A DNA stretch of 64,000 bases, taken from assembly GCF_058153355.1 (NCBI RefSeq), contig NZ_CM177019.1; one strand, given 5' to 3'. The notes below the pieces were generated by a model. The model did not search any database. It had not been told where the DNA came from and saw nothing but the letters and a program-made list of their open reading frames with translations. The translations under genes and the position numbers were made by a program. The first letter of the stretch is position 1; every line of letters begins with the position of its first letter. Of the stretch, positions 54,045 to 64,000 are shown in pieces.

Positions 54045-55112
54045 TTAATTGGTTGCCGGATATTCCTGAATGGTGACCTGCAGCGTTAACTGCTTATCAT
54101 CACGCATCACGACAACCGGGATCACCGAGCCAGGGCGAATTTCCGCCACCTGATCCATCGTCTCCAGAGCAGAGATGGCCGGTTTGTTATCCACCGAAAT
54201 AATCAAATCATTGACCTGTATACCCGCATTCGCCGCCGGGCCGTCAGGTGACACTTCATTAACCACGATCCCTTGCAGTTGATCTATACCACCGCCCTGC
54301 GCGTGCAGTGGTGCGATCTCACGTCCGCCGATACCAATGTAGCCGCGGATCACGCGACCATCGCGGATCAGCTTATCCATAATTTTGGTTGCTAACTGGA
54401 AAGGAATCGCAAAGCCGATGCCTTCCGGCGTTTCGCCATCGTTACTCTTATCAAACGACAGCGTGTTAATGCCCATCAGTTCGCCCAGCGAGTTCACCAG
54501 TGCGCCGCCAGAGTTACCGTGGTTAATGGAAGCATCGGTTTGCAGGAAGTTTTGCCGCCCGGTCGGGTTCAGACCAATTCGACCCGTGGCACTAATAATC
54601 CCCTGGGTAATGGTCTGCCCGAGGTTGTACGGGTTACCGATCGCCAGTACCACGTCACCAATGTGCGGTACGCGACGTGCATTGATTGGAATGGTAGGTA
54701 AACCGCCAGTGGCATTAATTTTAAGTACCGCCAGATCGGTTAGAGAGTCAGATCCCACCAGCAATGCTTCAAATACACGTCCATCTTGTAAGGCGACGAT
54801 GATCTGATCGGCGTCGTTGATGACGTGTTTATTGGTGATGATATAACCGCGTTGATCCATGATTACACCGGATCCCAGGGTGCGGATCTCAAGCTGGTTG
54901 TGAGAGTTGGTGTTCAAACCACGGTTGTAAACGTTAACCACCGCTGGCGCGGCGCGGCGAACCGCCAGATTATAGCTGGCAGGCGTCTCATCGGTACTGT
55001 CAAATTGCGGAGTGGAAAGCGGGTTAAGGCTGCGCAGTGAAGGCATGGCAACCAGCAGAATAGCGCCGACAATTAATCCAATCGCAACGGAACGTAAGAG
55101 CTTCACAAACAT
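54045..55112 (-). CDS. degS: Periplasmic serine endoprotease DegS
   Basis: 355 aa, N-terminal TM anchor, trypsin-like domain (GNSGGAL), single PDZ. Confidence 0.95.
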   Translation of the reverse strand: MFVKLLRSVAIGLIVGAILLVAMPSLRSLNPLSTPQFDSTDETPASYNLAVRRAAPAVVNVYNRGLNTNSHNQLEIRTLGSGVIMDQRGYIITNKHVINDADQIIVALQDGRVFEALLVGSDSLTDLAVLKINATGGLPTIPINARRVPHIGDVVLAIGNPYNLGQTITQGIISATGRIGLNPTGRQNFLQTDASINHGNSGGALVNSLGELMGINTLSFDKSNDGETPEGIGFAIPFQLATKIMDKLIRDGRVIRGYIGIGGREIAPLHAQGGGIDQLQGIVVNEVSPDGPAANAGIQVNDLIISVDNKPAISALETMDQVAEIRPGSVIPVVVMRDDKQLTLQVTIQEYPATN

Positions 55113-55201
55113 GATGGAGGCGTCATTAAAAAAGGGAACGGCAGCAGCATACCACGAGTTAACCGGACATCACACGTCAGCCTGATGCCCGGTTTACGAC
55201 A

Positions 55202-56569
55202 TTAACGCATCAGCAAATAGATGCTTTCATTGCCGCGTACAATTTGCAGGGCGATGATGGCCGGTTTTGCCGCCAGCACTTTACGCATTTCAGCAATCGA
55301 GTTCACCCGATCGCGGTTGACGCCAATGATCACATCGTCTTTTTGCAAGCCTGCCTGAGCAGCTGGGCTTCCTTTGACAACCTCATCGATCTTAATACCT
55401 TTGCCGCCATCTTTTAGCTGACCATCGCTCAACGTTGCACCTTCCAGCGCTGGCGTGATCATTTCAGCGCTGGCCGACGAAGAGGTGCTGGTATCGAGCG
55501 TCACTTCTACTTCCAGTGGTTTGCCGTTACGCAGCAGGCCAAGCTTCACTTTCGTGCCCGGCTCGGTGGTTGCGATACGAGAGCGCAACTCAGCAAAGCT
55601 ATTCAGCGGTTTGCCGTTGAGGCTGGTAATAATATCGCCCGCTTTGATGCCCGCTTTTGCCGAGCCAGAACCTGGCAACACTTCGCTGACAAACGCGCCA
55701 CGCTGCACGTCAAGGTTGAAGGCTTTGGCGATATCGGCACTCATCTCGGTGCCTTTGATGCCTAACAGACCGCGTTTGATTTCACCAAAGTCGATAAGCT
55801 GCTGCGCCAGTGTTCGCGCCATATTACTGGGGATGGCAAATCCAATCCCGACGCTCCCACCGCCAGGCGCAAGGATTGCAGTGTTGATGCCAATTAACTC
55901 ACCGTTAAGGTTTAACAGTGCACCGCCGGAGTTACCGCGGTTAATGGAAGCATCTGTCTGGATAAAGTTTTCAAGACCTTCAAGATTCAACCCGCTGCGG
56001 CCTAATGCGGAAACAATGCCAGAGGTGGCGGTTTGCCCAAGGCCAAATGGGTTACCGACTGCCACGGCAAAATCACCGACGCGCAGTTTGTCTGAGTCGG
56101 CAATGGCGATTTGCGTTAATTTACTCGGGTTTTGAATTTGCAAAAGGGCGATATCGCTTTGGTCATCGCTACCAATCAGTTTTGCATCAAACTCGCGCCC
56201 ATCATTGAGTTGAATACTGATTTTCTGTGCCTGTTTAATTACATGGTTGTTGGTCAGAACATAGCCTTTACTGGCGTTGATGATGACACCGGAGCCTAAA
56301 CCTTCGAAAGGTTGTGCAGGTTGATCCGGTAAATCATCACCAAAAAACTTTTTGAATTCTTCCGGGATTTTCTGTCCCTGACTGGCCGTTCCTTCCACTC
56401 GTACGCTCACCACTGCCGGAAGCACTTTTTCCAGCATTGGGGCCAGACTGGGGAGAGGGGCCTGATCGGCAACCTGGCCTGGAATCGACGCAACGGCCTG
56501 AAATGACGCCGAGAGAGTTAACCCGACACTTAACGCTAATGCACTCAACAGCTGGGTTTGTTTTTTCAT
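55202..56569 (-). CDS. degQ: Periplasmic serine endoprotease DegQ
   Basis: 455 aa from ATG 56569 (MKKQTQLLSALALSVGLTLSASFQAVA signal peptide), GNSGGAL catalytic motif, two PDZ domains. Confidence 0.95.
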   Translation of the reverse strand: MKKQTQLLSALALSVGLTLSASFQAVASIPGQVADQAPLPSLAPMLEKVLPAVVSVRVEGTASQGQKIPEEFKKFFGDDLPDQPAQPFEGLGSGVIINASKGYVLTNNHVIKQAQKISIQLNDGREFDAKLIGSDDQSDIALLQIQNPSKLTQIAIADSDKLRVGDFAVAVGNPFGLGQTATSGIVSALGRSGLNLEGLENFIQTDASINRGNSGGALLNLNGELIGINTAILAPGGGSVGIGFAIPSNMARTLAQQLIDFGEIKRGLLGIKGTEMSADIAKAFNLDVQRGAFVSEVLPGSGSAKAGIKAGDIITSLNGKPLNSFAELRSRIATTEPGTKVKLGLLRNGKPLEVEVTLDTSTSSSASAEMITPALEGATLSDGQLKDGGKGIKIDEVVKGSPAAQAGLQKDDVIIGVNRDRVNSIAEMRKVLAAKPAIIALQIVRGNESIYLLMR

Positions 56570-56722
56570 TATTCCTGCTCTCGTACCTGAATGATAAGAA
56601 AAGAGATTCAAAACAGTTTGATGTTATTGAATTTTCAGACGGCTAACAATGAGACACCAGATTAAATGATAGTCGGGGAGGGAAAGAAGAGGAGGGCGCA
56701 ATGGCTGCGCCCGAAAAATAAA

Positions 56723-57121
56723 TTAGTCGCGCTTCGCGCCAGTACGCAGCAGGCCTGACGCGCCTTCAGAATAGTCGCGTGGCATTTGCACCGGTGCCTG
56801 ATCGTTGCTGGCTTCGGACTCTGCCAGACGATTACGGAACGGGTTTGCTTCAGCAGACAGTTCCGGCAGCAGGCTGCTGGAGCTTTTCGCCATGTGTTGA
56901 TACAGCTGGCGATAGTCGTGCGCCATGGTATCCAGTAATTCCGCGCTGCGGGCAAAGTGGCTAACCAGCTCTTCGCGATACTCGTCCAGTTCAGCTTTAT
57001 TCTTTTCCAGTTCGTACTGCAACGCCTGTTGCTGGCGTAGTTTACGATTACCAAAACGCATGGCCACAGCACCAATAATGATGCCGACGACTAACCCAAT
57101 TAGCGCATATTCCCAGGTCAT
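56723..57121 (-). CDS. yhcB: Inner-membrane cell-division-associated protein YhcB (ZapG)
   Basis: 132 aa from second ATG (GGGAG SD 6 nt upstream), N-terminal TM helix then coiled coil. Confidence 0.9.
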   Translation of the reverse strand: MTWEYALIGLVVGIIIGAVAMRFGNRKLRQQQALQYELEKNKAELDEYREELVSHFARSAELLDTMAHDYRQLYQHMAKSSSSLLPELSAEANPFRNRLAESEASNDQAPVQMPRDYSEGASGLLRTGAKRD

Positions 57122-57314
57122 GAACATCTCCCGTTGTCTTTTGTTTCCGTAGGGTGTTGGCTTCAGGCTCCATGCCTGCGGCTGATTATGCCACTATAAC
57201 CGTTAATTCCACAGAAGTGGAATCCCGACTGCATATCGCGTAGTGTAGAACGGCCTTTTTTTCGTCAACCGTGAACAACGGCGCACCGATTATTCAAGGA
57301 ATAACAATAAGATC

Positions 57315-58442
57315 ATGCAAAGCGTTACCCCAACATCGCAATACCTGAAGGCGCTCAATGAAGGCAGCCATCAACCCGACGACGTTCAAAAAGAGGCCGT
57401 CAGCCGCCTGGAAATTATTTATCAGGAACTCATCAATAGCACGCCTCCAGCCCCCAGGACGAGTGGGCTAATGGCGCGGGTCGGTAAGCTGTGGGGTAAA
57501 CGCGAAGACACACAGCATACGCCAGTGCGTGGCTTATATATGTGGGGCGGGGTAGGACGCGGGAAAACCTGGCTGATGGACCTTTTCTATCAAAGCCTGC
57601 CGGGAGAGCGGAAACAGCGTCTGCACTTTCACCGTTTTATGCTGCGGGTACATGAAGAGCTAACTGCTTTGCAGGGGCAGACCGATCCGCTGGAAATTAT
57701 TGCCGATCGCTTTAAAGCAGAAACTGACGTGCTCTGTTTTGACGAATTTTTTGTTTCTGATATTACCGATGCCATGCTACTTGGCGGCCTGATGAAAGCC
57801 CTGTTCGCCCGCGGTATTACCCTGGTAGCGACGTCAAATATTCCGCCGGACGAACTTTATCGAAATGGCCTGCAACGTGCGCGTTTTTTGCCTGCAATCG
57901 ATGCCATTAAACAGAATTGTGATGTAATGAACGTGGACGCCGGTGTTGATTATCGACTGCGTACGCTCACTCAGGCGCACCTGTGGCTTTCGCCACTCAA
58001 CGATGAAACCCGGACGCAAATGGACAAACTATGGTTGGCGCTGGCGGGGGCGAAACGAGAAAATTCACCGACGTTAGAAATCAACCATCGGCCATTGGCG
58101 ACAATGGGCGTCGAGAACCAGACGCTGGCGGTCTCTTTTACTACGCTGTGCGTCGACGCCCGCAGTCAGCATGACTATATTGCGCTCTCACGCCTCTTTC
58201 ACACGGTCATGTTGTTTGATGTACCAGTTATGACGCGGTTGATGGAGAGCGAAGCGCGGCGCTTTATTGCGCTGGTGGATGAGTTTTACGAGCGCCATGT
58301 CAAATTAGTGGTGAGTGCAGAAGTGCCGCTGTATGAAATTTATCAGGGCGATCGGCTGAAGTTTGAGTTCCAGCGTTGCCTGTCACGTCTGCAAGAGATG
58401 CAAAGCGAAGAGTATCTGAAGCGCGAGCATTTAGCGGGTTAA
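57315..58442 (+). CDS. zapE: Cell division AAA-family ATPase ZapE
   Basis: 375 aa, Walker A GGVGRGKTWLMD. Confidence 0.92.
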   Translation: MQSVTPTSQYLKALNEGSHQPDDVQKEAVSRLEIIYQELINSTPPAPRTSGLMARVGKLWGKREDTQHTPVRGLYMWGGVGRGKTWLMDLFYQSLPGERKQRLHFHRFMLRVHEELTALQGQTDPLEIIADRFKAETDVLCFDEFFVSDITDAMLLGGLMKALFARGITLVATSNIPPDELYRNGLQRARFLPAIDAIKQNCDVMNVDAGVDYRLRTLTQAHLWLSPLNDETRTQMDKLWLALAGAKRENSPTLEINHRPLATMGVENQTLAVSFTTLCVDARSQHDYIALSRLFHTVMLFDVPVMTRLMESEARRFIALVDEFYERHVKLVVSAEVPLYEIYQGDRLKFEFQRCLSRLQEMQSEEYLKREHLAG

Positions 58443-58573
58443 AACCTGCCACAAATCACAAAAAGGGGTCGATCTTTGACCCCGACTTCTCTATAATCCT
58501 GCGACCCCACGTTACAAGAAAGTTTTTTTCCCAAAACTTTTTGTGTGCTGGCATAGGCTATTCGAAGGGGTAG

Positions 58574-59089
<516 letters not shown>

Positions 59090-59101
59090 TCGGGATTATA
59101 G

Positions 59102-59497
<396 letters not shown>

Positions 59498-59529
59498 TTG
59501 GTTTCTGCTCCGGCAGAAAACAATTTGCG

Positions 59530-59557
59530 AAAAAAACCCGCTTCGGCGGGTTTTTTT
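59530..59557 (+). terminator. Rho-independent terminator of rplM-rpsI operon
   Basis: aaaaaaacccgcttcggcgggttttttt. Confidence 0.9.
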
Positions 59558-59890
59558 ATGGCTAAAATCTGAATCAGCGTAAAAAAAGGAATGTTGATTT
59601 TTGCTGTCGCCTGACAGACAGAAAACAAAAACCACATCGCCGATAAGGGACTAAGTCAACCATTTCAGACTAAAGCGCATCTCTTTTTCCCCATTTCCGG
59701 CATCGACTCACCACAAAGGTCACAAAATCTGGTAAACTATCATCCAATTTTCTGCCCAAATGTCGGGTATTGCTCATTTTTTGTTTGATTTTCGAACAAA
59801 GAGAGTCGTTCCTTACTGGGTAACACAACTTCTGACTGGCCACCTGGTGGCTGGTAGCAGTAAAAATTCTGACTATACCTGGAGGTTTTC

Positions 59891-60529
59891 ATGGCTGTCG
59901 CTGCCAACAAACGTTCGGTAATGACGCTGTTTTCCGGTCCTACTGACATCTATAGCCATCAGGTCCGCATTGTGCTGGCTGAGAAAGGTGTAAGTTTCGA
60001 GATCGAACACGTGGAAAAGGACAATCCGCCTCAGGATCTGATTGACCTCAACCCGAATCAGAGCGTTCCGACCCTGGTGGATCGTGAGCTGACCCTGTGG
60101 GAATCTCGCATCATTATGGAATATCTGGATGAGCGTTTCCCGCATCCGCCACTGATGCCTGTTTACCCGGTAGCTCGCGGTGAAAGCCGTCTGTACATGC
60201 ATCGCATCGAAAAAGACTGGTACACGCTGATGAACACCATCATCAACGGTTCAGCTTCTGAAGCAGATGCCGCACGTAAGCAACTGCGCGAAGAACTGCT
60301 GGCGATTGCGCCGGTCTTCGGTCAGAAGCCGTACTTCCTGAGCGATGAGTTCAGCCTGGTCGATTGCTACCTTGCTCCGCTGCTGTGGCGTCTGCCGCAA
60401 CTGGGTATCGAGTTCAGCGGTCCGGGTGCGAAAGAGCTGAAAGGCTATATGACCCGCGTCTTTGAACGTGACTCTTTCCTTGCTTCTTTAACTGAAGCAG
60501 AACGTGAAATGCGTCTGGGCCGGAGTTAA
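59891..60529 (+). CDS. sspA: Stringent starvation protein A
   Basis: 212 aa GST-like fold MAVAANKRSVMTLFSGPTDIYSHQVRIVLAEKGV... Confidence 0.97.
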   Translation: MAVAANKRSVMTLFSGPTDIYSHQVRIVLAEKGVSFEIEHVEKDNPPQDLIDLNPNQSVPTLVDRELTLWESRIIMEYLDERFPHPPLMPVYPVARGESRLYMHRIEKDWYTLMNTIINGSASEADAARKQLREELLAIAPVFGQKPYFLSDEFSLVDCYLAPLLWRLPQLGIEFSGPGAKELKGYMTRVFERDSFLASLTEAEREMRLGRS

Positions 60530-60534
60530 TCTGT

Positions 60535-61032
60535 ATGGATTTGTCACAGCTAACACCACGTCGTCCCTATCTGCTGCGTGCATTCTATGAGTGGTTGCTG
60601 GATAACCAGCTCACGCCGCACCTGGTGGTGGATGTGACGCTCCCTGGCGTGCAGGTTCCTATGGAATATGCGCGTGACGGGCAAATCGTACTCAACATTG
60701 CGCCGCGTGCTGTCGGCAATCTGGAACTGGCGAATGATGAGGTGCGCTTTAACGCGCGCTTTGGTGGCATTCCGCGTCAGGTTTCTGTGCCGCTGGCTGC
60801 CGTGCTGGCTATCTACGCCCGTGAAAATGGCGCAGGCACGATGTTTGAACCTGAAGCTGCCTACGATGAAGATGCCAGCATCATGAATGATGAAGAGGCA
60901 TCGGCAGACAACGAAACCGTTATGTCGGTTATTGATGGCGACAAGCCAGATCACGATGATGACACTCATCCTGACGATGAACCACCGCAGCCACCACGCG
61001 GTGGTCGACCGGCATTACGCGTTGTGAAGTAA
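60535..61032 (+). CDS. sspB: ClpXP adaptor / stringent starvation protein B
   Basis: 165 aa MDLSQLTPRRPYLLRAFYEWLLDNQLTPHLVV..., acidic tail ending RGGRPALRVVK. Confidence 0.97.
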   Translation: MDLSQLTPRRPYLLRAFYEWLLDNQLTPHLVVDVTLPGVQVPMEYARDGQIVLNIAPRAVGNLELANDEVRFNARFGGIPRQVSVPLAAVLAIYARENGAGTMFEPEAAYDEDASIMNDEEASADNETVMSVIDGDKPDHDDDTHPDDEPPQPPRGGRPALRVVK

Positions 61033-61036
61033 AAGG

Positions 61037-61062
61037 AAAACAGGCCCTGGCGGCCTGTTTTG
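61037..61062. terminator. Bidirectional terminator between sspB and dcuD
   Basis: aaaacaggccctggcggcctgttttg; A/T runs on both sides. Confidence 0.8.
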
Positions 61063-61075
61063 TCTTCTTTATCGC

Positions 61076-62443
61076 TTAATAAAATAGCGTGATTGTGGCA
61101 ATCATATTCACCACGAAACCGACTGCCATGGGGATCGCTGTCCGCTTCACCACTGCAAAAGGCGAAACACCTGCAATTCCTGATGTAACGACCACCACCG
61201 CAGTAATCGGCGAAACAGCGCGCGCTAGCGTCGTGGCAAAATGCATCGGCATAATCATTACAACCGCTGGTACATGTAGTCCGGCTGCGATATTCGGAAT
61301 AAGACTGGCAAATGACATAAATGGCGCATTGCCTGAGCCCATCACAATGGCACAAATGGCAATGACCAGCGCCATAATAATCATCACGCCAATACCGCCC
61401 AGACCAGAATGCTCCGCACCCCTGATAACCGCATCGACAGTGCCAATCGTCGTTAAGCCTTTCGCAAATATTTCACCCGCGACCACCAGCGTTACCACGT
61501 TGGCAAACTGCGTACCCATGCCGTCAAAAAACGCCTGCACATCGTCCATTGTTTCGCGCAAGTTATGCTTGCGGAAGAACTCAACAAACATCGTCACCGT
61601 CAAACTCAGTAACATCACCACCACCAGATGCAGTTCTGACTGCATCAGCCCGACGTGGGCGAGGAACAGCGAGCCGAGCATCAGGATTAACGGCATCACC
61701 GGTAAAATGGCGTAATAGAGCGGCGGGACATTATCGAGAGCTTTTTGCTCTGCCTGTTCGTGATTGATATTTTTATCTTTTTTGTCGAAAGCGCGTTGCA
61801 CGAAAAAGTGAGAGATCGCTACCGAGATAATGACGCAAGAGGCGACCGGAAGCTGGTAGTGGAAGAAGTAAGTGGCAATTTTCATTCCTGCCACCTGGGC
61901 CGCAAAAATAGAGTTCGTTTCCAGAATCCCCCACTCAATGGACATCGTGGTTGCGATAACTGCCACCGCAGAGAGTCGACTTACTCCCAGACTCACTAGT
62001 GTTGGAAATAAGGTGACCATCAGCAACATACCCAGACCGGAGGCGCTGGTAATAAACTGCGCCATGATTTGGCCGATAACGTAAGTTGCCGACAGAATAA
62101 GATACGGCGAGCGAATGAGTTTTAACGGGCGGCTTAACAAGCTCACCATCGCCCGACTGGCTCCTATGCGCTCCATGTAGCGGGCATACCCGCCCACCGC
62201 CATAATCGACAACCCTAACCCGGCAATGCGGTTGGACAGCATGCGCAGGATTTCATTATAAATATCGACGATCAAGTAGCCGCTGCTTTTGGCGGGATCG
62301 AGCACACCACCGAACCCTAACCAGACACCGCACATCATCAGGAAGATACCTGCGGCAGCCAGCACCACCTGAGGTTTGTAGTTTTTCAGGATCAAATAGC
62401 CCATCGTAATTAATACGATGACAGATATAATTATGCCGAACAT
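61076..62443 (-). CDS. dcuD: DcuC-family anaerobic C4-dicarboxylate transporter homolog
   Basis: 455 aa polytopic membrane protein from ATG 62443 (GGAG SD 7 nt upstream). Confidence 0.85.
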   Translation of the reverse strand: MFGIIISVIVLITMGYLILKNYKPQVVLAAAGIFLMMCGVWLGFGGVLDPAKSSGYLIVDIYNEILRMLSNRIAGLGLSIMAVGGYARYMERIGASRAMVSLLSRPLKLIRSPYLILSATYVIGQIMAQFITSASGLGMLLMVTLFPTLVSLGVSRLSAVAVIATTMSIEWGILETNSIFAAQVAGMKIATYFFHYQLPVASCVIISVAISHFFVQRAFDKKDKNINHEQAEQKALDNVPPLYYAILPVMPLILMLGSLFLAHVGLMQSELHLVVVMLLSLTVTMFVEFFRKHNLRETMDDVQAFFDGMGTQFANVVTLVVAGEIFAKGLTTIGTVDAVIRGAEHSGLGGIGVMIIMALVIAICAIVMGSGNAPFMSFASLIPNIAAGLHVPAVVMIMPMHFATTLARAVSPITAVVVVTSGIAGVSPFAVVKRTAIPMAVGFVVNMIATITLFY

Positions 62444-62823
62444 TGTTGAACTCCGTGTCAAAAGAAAACGGTCAATCCCATAAACGGCAGATTGAAAACA
62501 GTGATGTTATATTTTTTGCAAGGCTATTTATGGTGTTGGTGTCGTATTTTTTAATTCTGGATGAGGCAATTTTTCATTATAAAATATGCATTTATGATTA
62601 TTTTGTAAGAACATGTTCGTAATATTCATAATGCTTGTGAATAGTCTTATGAATAATTCATTCAGGATGTTTTTATCTGCGTTACACTAATTTTTCGCAA
62701 TAGTTAATTATTCAGTTAATTATAGTAATGATGAGGCACAAAGAGAAAATCCCGCCATTTCCCCCTACTTTCAATCCTGTGATAGGATGTCACTGATGAT
62801 GTTAATCACACTGACCTTACAGA

Positions 62824-63615
62824 ATGGGCCTTATGAACGCATTTGATTCGCAAACCGAAGATTCTTCACCTGCAATTGGTCGCAACTTGCGCAGCCGCCC
62901 GCTGGCGCGTAAAAAACTCTCCGAAATGGTGGAAGAAGAGCTGGAACAGATGATCCGCCGTCGTGAATTTGGCGAAGGTGAACAATTACCGTCTGAACGC
63001 GAACTGATGGCGTTCTTTAACGTCGGGCGTCCTTCGGTGCGTGAAGCGCTGGCAGCGTTAAAACGCAAAGGTCTGGTGCAAATAAACAACGGCGAACGCG
63101 CCCGCGTCTCACGTCCTTCTGCGGACACCATCATCGGCGAGCTTTCCGGCATGGCGAAAGATTTCCTTTCTCATCCTGGCGGGATTGCCCATTTCGAACA
63201 ATTACGTCTGTTCTTTGAATCCAGCCTGGTGCGCTATGCGGCTGAACACGCCACCGATGAGCAAATCGATTTGCTGGCAAAAGCACTGGAAATCAACAGT
63301 CAGTCGCTTGATAACAACGCGGCATTCATTCGTTCAGACGTTGATTTCCACCGCGTGCTGGCGGAGATCCCCGGTAACCCAATCTTCATGGCGATCCACG
63401 TTGCCCTGCTCGACTGGCTGATCGCCGCACGTCCAACCGTGGCTGATCAGGCTCTGCACGAGCATAACAACGTTAGCTATCAACAGCATATTGCGATCGT
63501 TGATGCGATCCGCCGCCACGATCCCGATGAAGCCGATCGCGCGTTGCAATCGCATCTCAACAGCGTCTCTGCTACCTGGCACGCCTTCGGTCAGACCACC
63601 AACAAAAAGAAATAA
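62824..63615 (+). CDS. nanR: GntR/FadR-family repressor of sialic acid catabolism NanR
   Basis: 263 aa [76 protein letters not shown]... Confidence 0.95.
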   Translation: MGLMNAFDSQTEDSSPAIGRNLRSRPLARKKLSEMVEEELEQMIRRREFGEGEQLPSERELMAFFNVGRPSVREALAALKRKGLVQINNGERARVSRPSADTIIGELSGMAKDFLSHPGGIAHFEQLRLFFESSLVRYAAEHATDEQIDLLAKALEINSQSLDNNAAFIRSDVDFHRVLAEIPGNPIFMAIHVALLDWLIAARPTVADQALHEHNNVSYQQHIAIVDAIRRHDPDEADRALQSHLNSVSATWHAFGQTTNKKK

Positions 63616-63678
63616 TGCCACTTTAGTGAAGCAGATCGCATTATAAGCTTTCTGTATGGGGTGTTGCTTAATTGATCT

Positions 63679-63701
63679 GGTATAACAGGTATAAAGGTAT
63701 A
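63679..63701 (+). promoter_or_regulatory. NanR operator: three direct GGTATA repeats in nanA promoter
   Basis: GGTATA at 63679-63684, 63688-63693 and 63696-63701 (ctGGTATAacaGGTATAaaGGTATAtcg), about 40 bp upstream of nanA ATG. Confidence 0.85.
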
Positions 63702-63736
63702 TCGTTTATCAGACAAGCATCACTTCAGAGGTATTT

Positions 63737-64000
63737 ATGGCAACGAATTTACGTGGCGTAATGGCCGCACTCCTGACTCCTTTTGATCAACAACAAGCAC
63801 TGGATAAAGCGAGTCTGCGTCGCCTGGTTCAGTTCAATATTCAGCAGGGCATCGACGGTTTATACGTGGGTGGTTCTACCGGCGAAGCCTTTGTACAAAG
63901 CCTTTCCGAGCGTGAACAGGTACTGGAAATCGTCGCCGAAGAGGCGAAAGGCAAGATTAAACTCATCGCTCATGTAGGTTGCGTCAGCACTGCTGAAAGC
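63737..64000 (+). CDS. nanA: N-acetylneuraminate lyase, N-terminal 88 codons (partial; runs off window)
   Basis: [88 protein letters not shown]; not in ORF track because no stop within window. Confidence 0.93.

Overview
This window reads as an Escherichia coli chromosomal segment. Gene names are assigned from memory of E. coli K-12 and from reading the ORF translations; no database search was run. It opens in the 3' end of a 16S rRNA and runs through the rest of an rrnD-type operon (tRNA-Ile, tRNA-Ala, 23S, 5S, tRNA-Thr, second 5S, tandem terminators). It then follows the K-12 gene order as I recall it: yhdZYXW, yhdV, acrFE/acrS, yhdU, yhdJ, fis-dusB, prmA, panF-yhdT, accCB, acuI, csrD, mreBCD, yhdE, rng, yhdP, tldD, aaeR/aaeXAB, yhcO, yhcN, argR, mdh, degS, degQ, yhcB, zapE, rplM-rpsI, sspAB, dcuD, nanR and the start of nanA. 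Two loci break that synteny. (1) An ~8.5 kb accessory island of eight genes sits between yhdT and accC: a DeoR regulator and PfkB kinase on the minus strand, then a GatY/KbaY-like class II aldolase, an RbsABC-like ABC transporter, a second PfkB kinase and an uncharacterised ~348 aa protein on the plus strand. It has no mobility genes, and its ATP-binding gene carries an apparent frameshift. This island is the best candidate for an undescribed system, probably a non-PTS ketose catabolic pathway of unknown substrate. (2) A complete IS4 copy (1426 bp, 12 bp target-site duplication) is inserted exactly in the mdh/degS bidirectional terminator. No CRISPR array, prophage or defence-like system was seen. 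Start codons were refined by hand where the ORF track began at an upstream alternative start.
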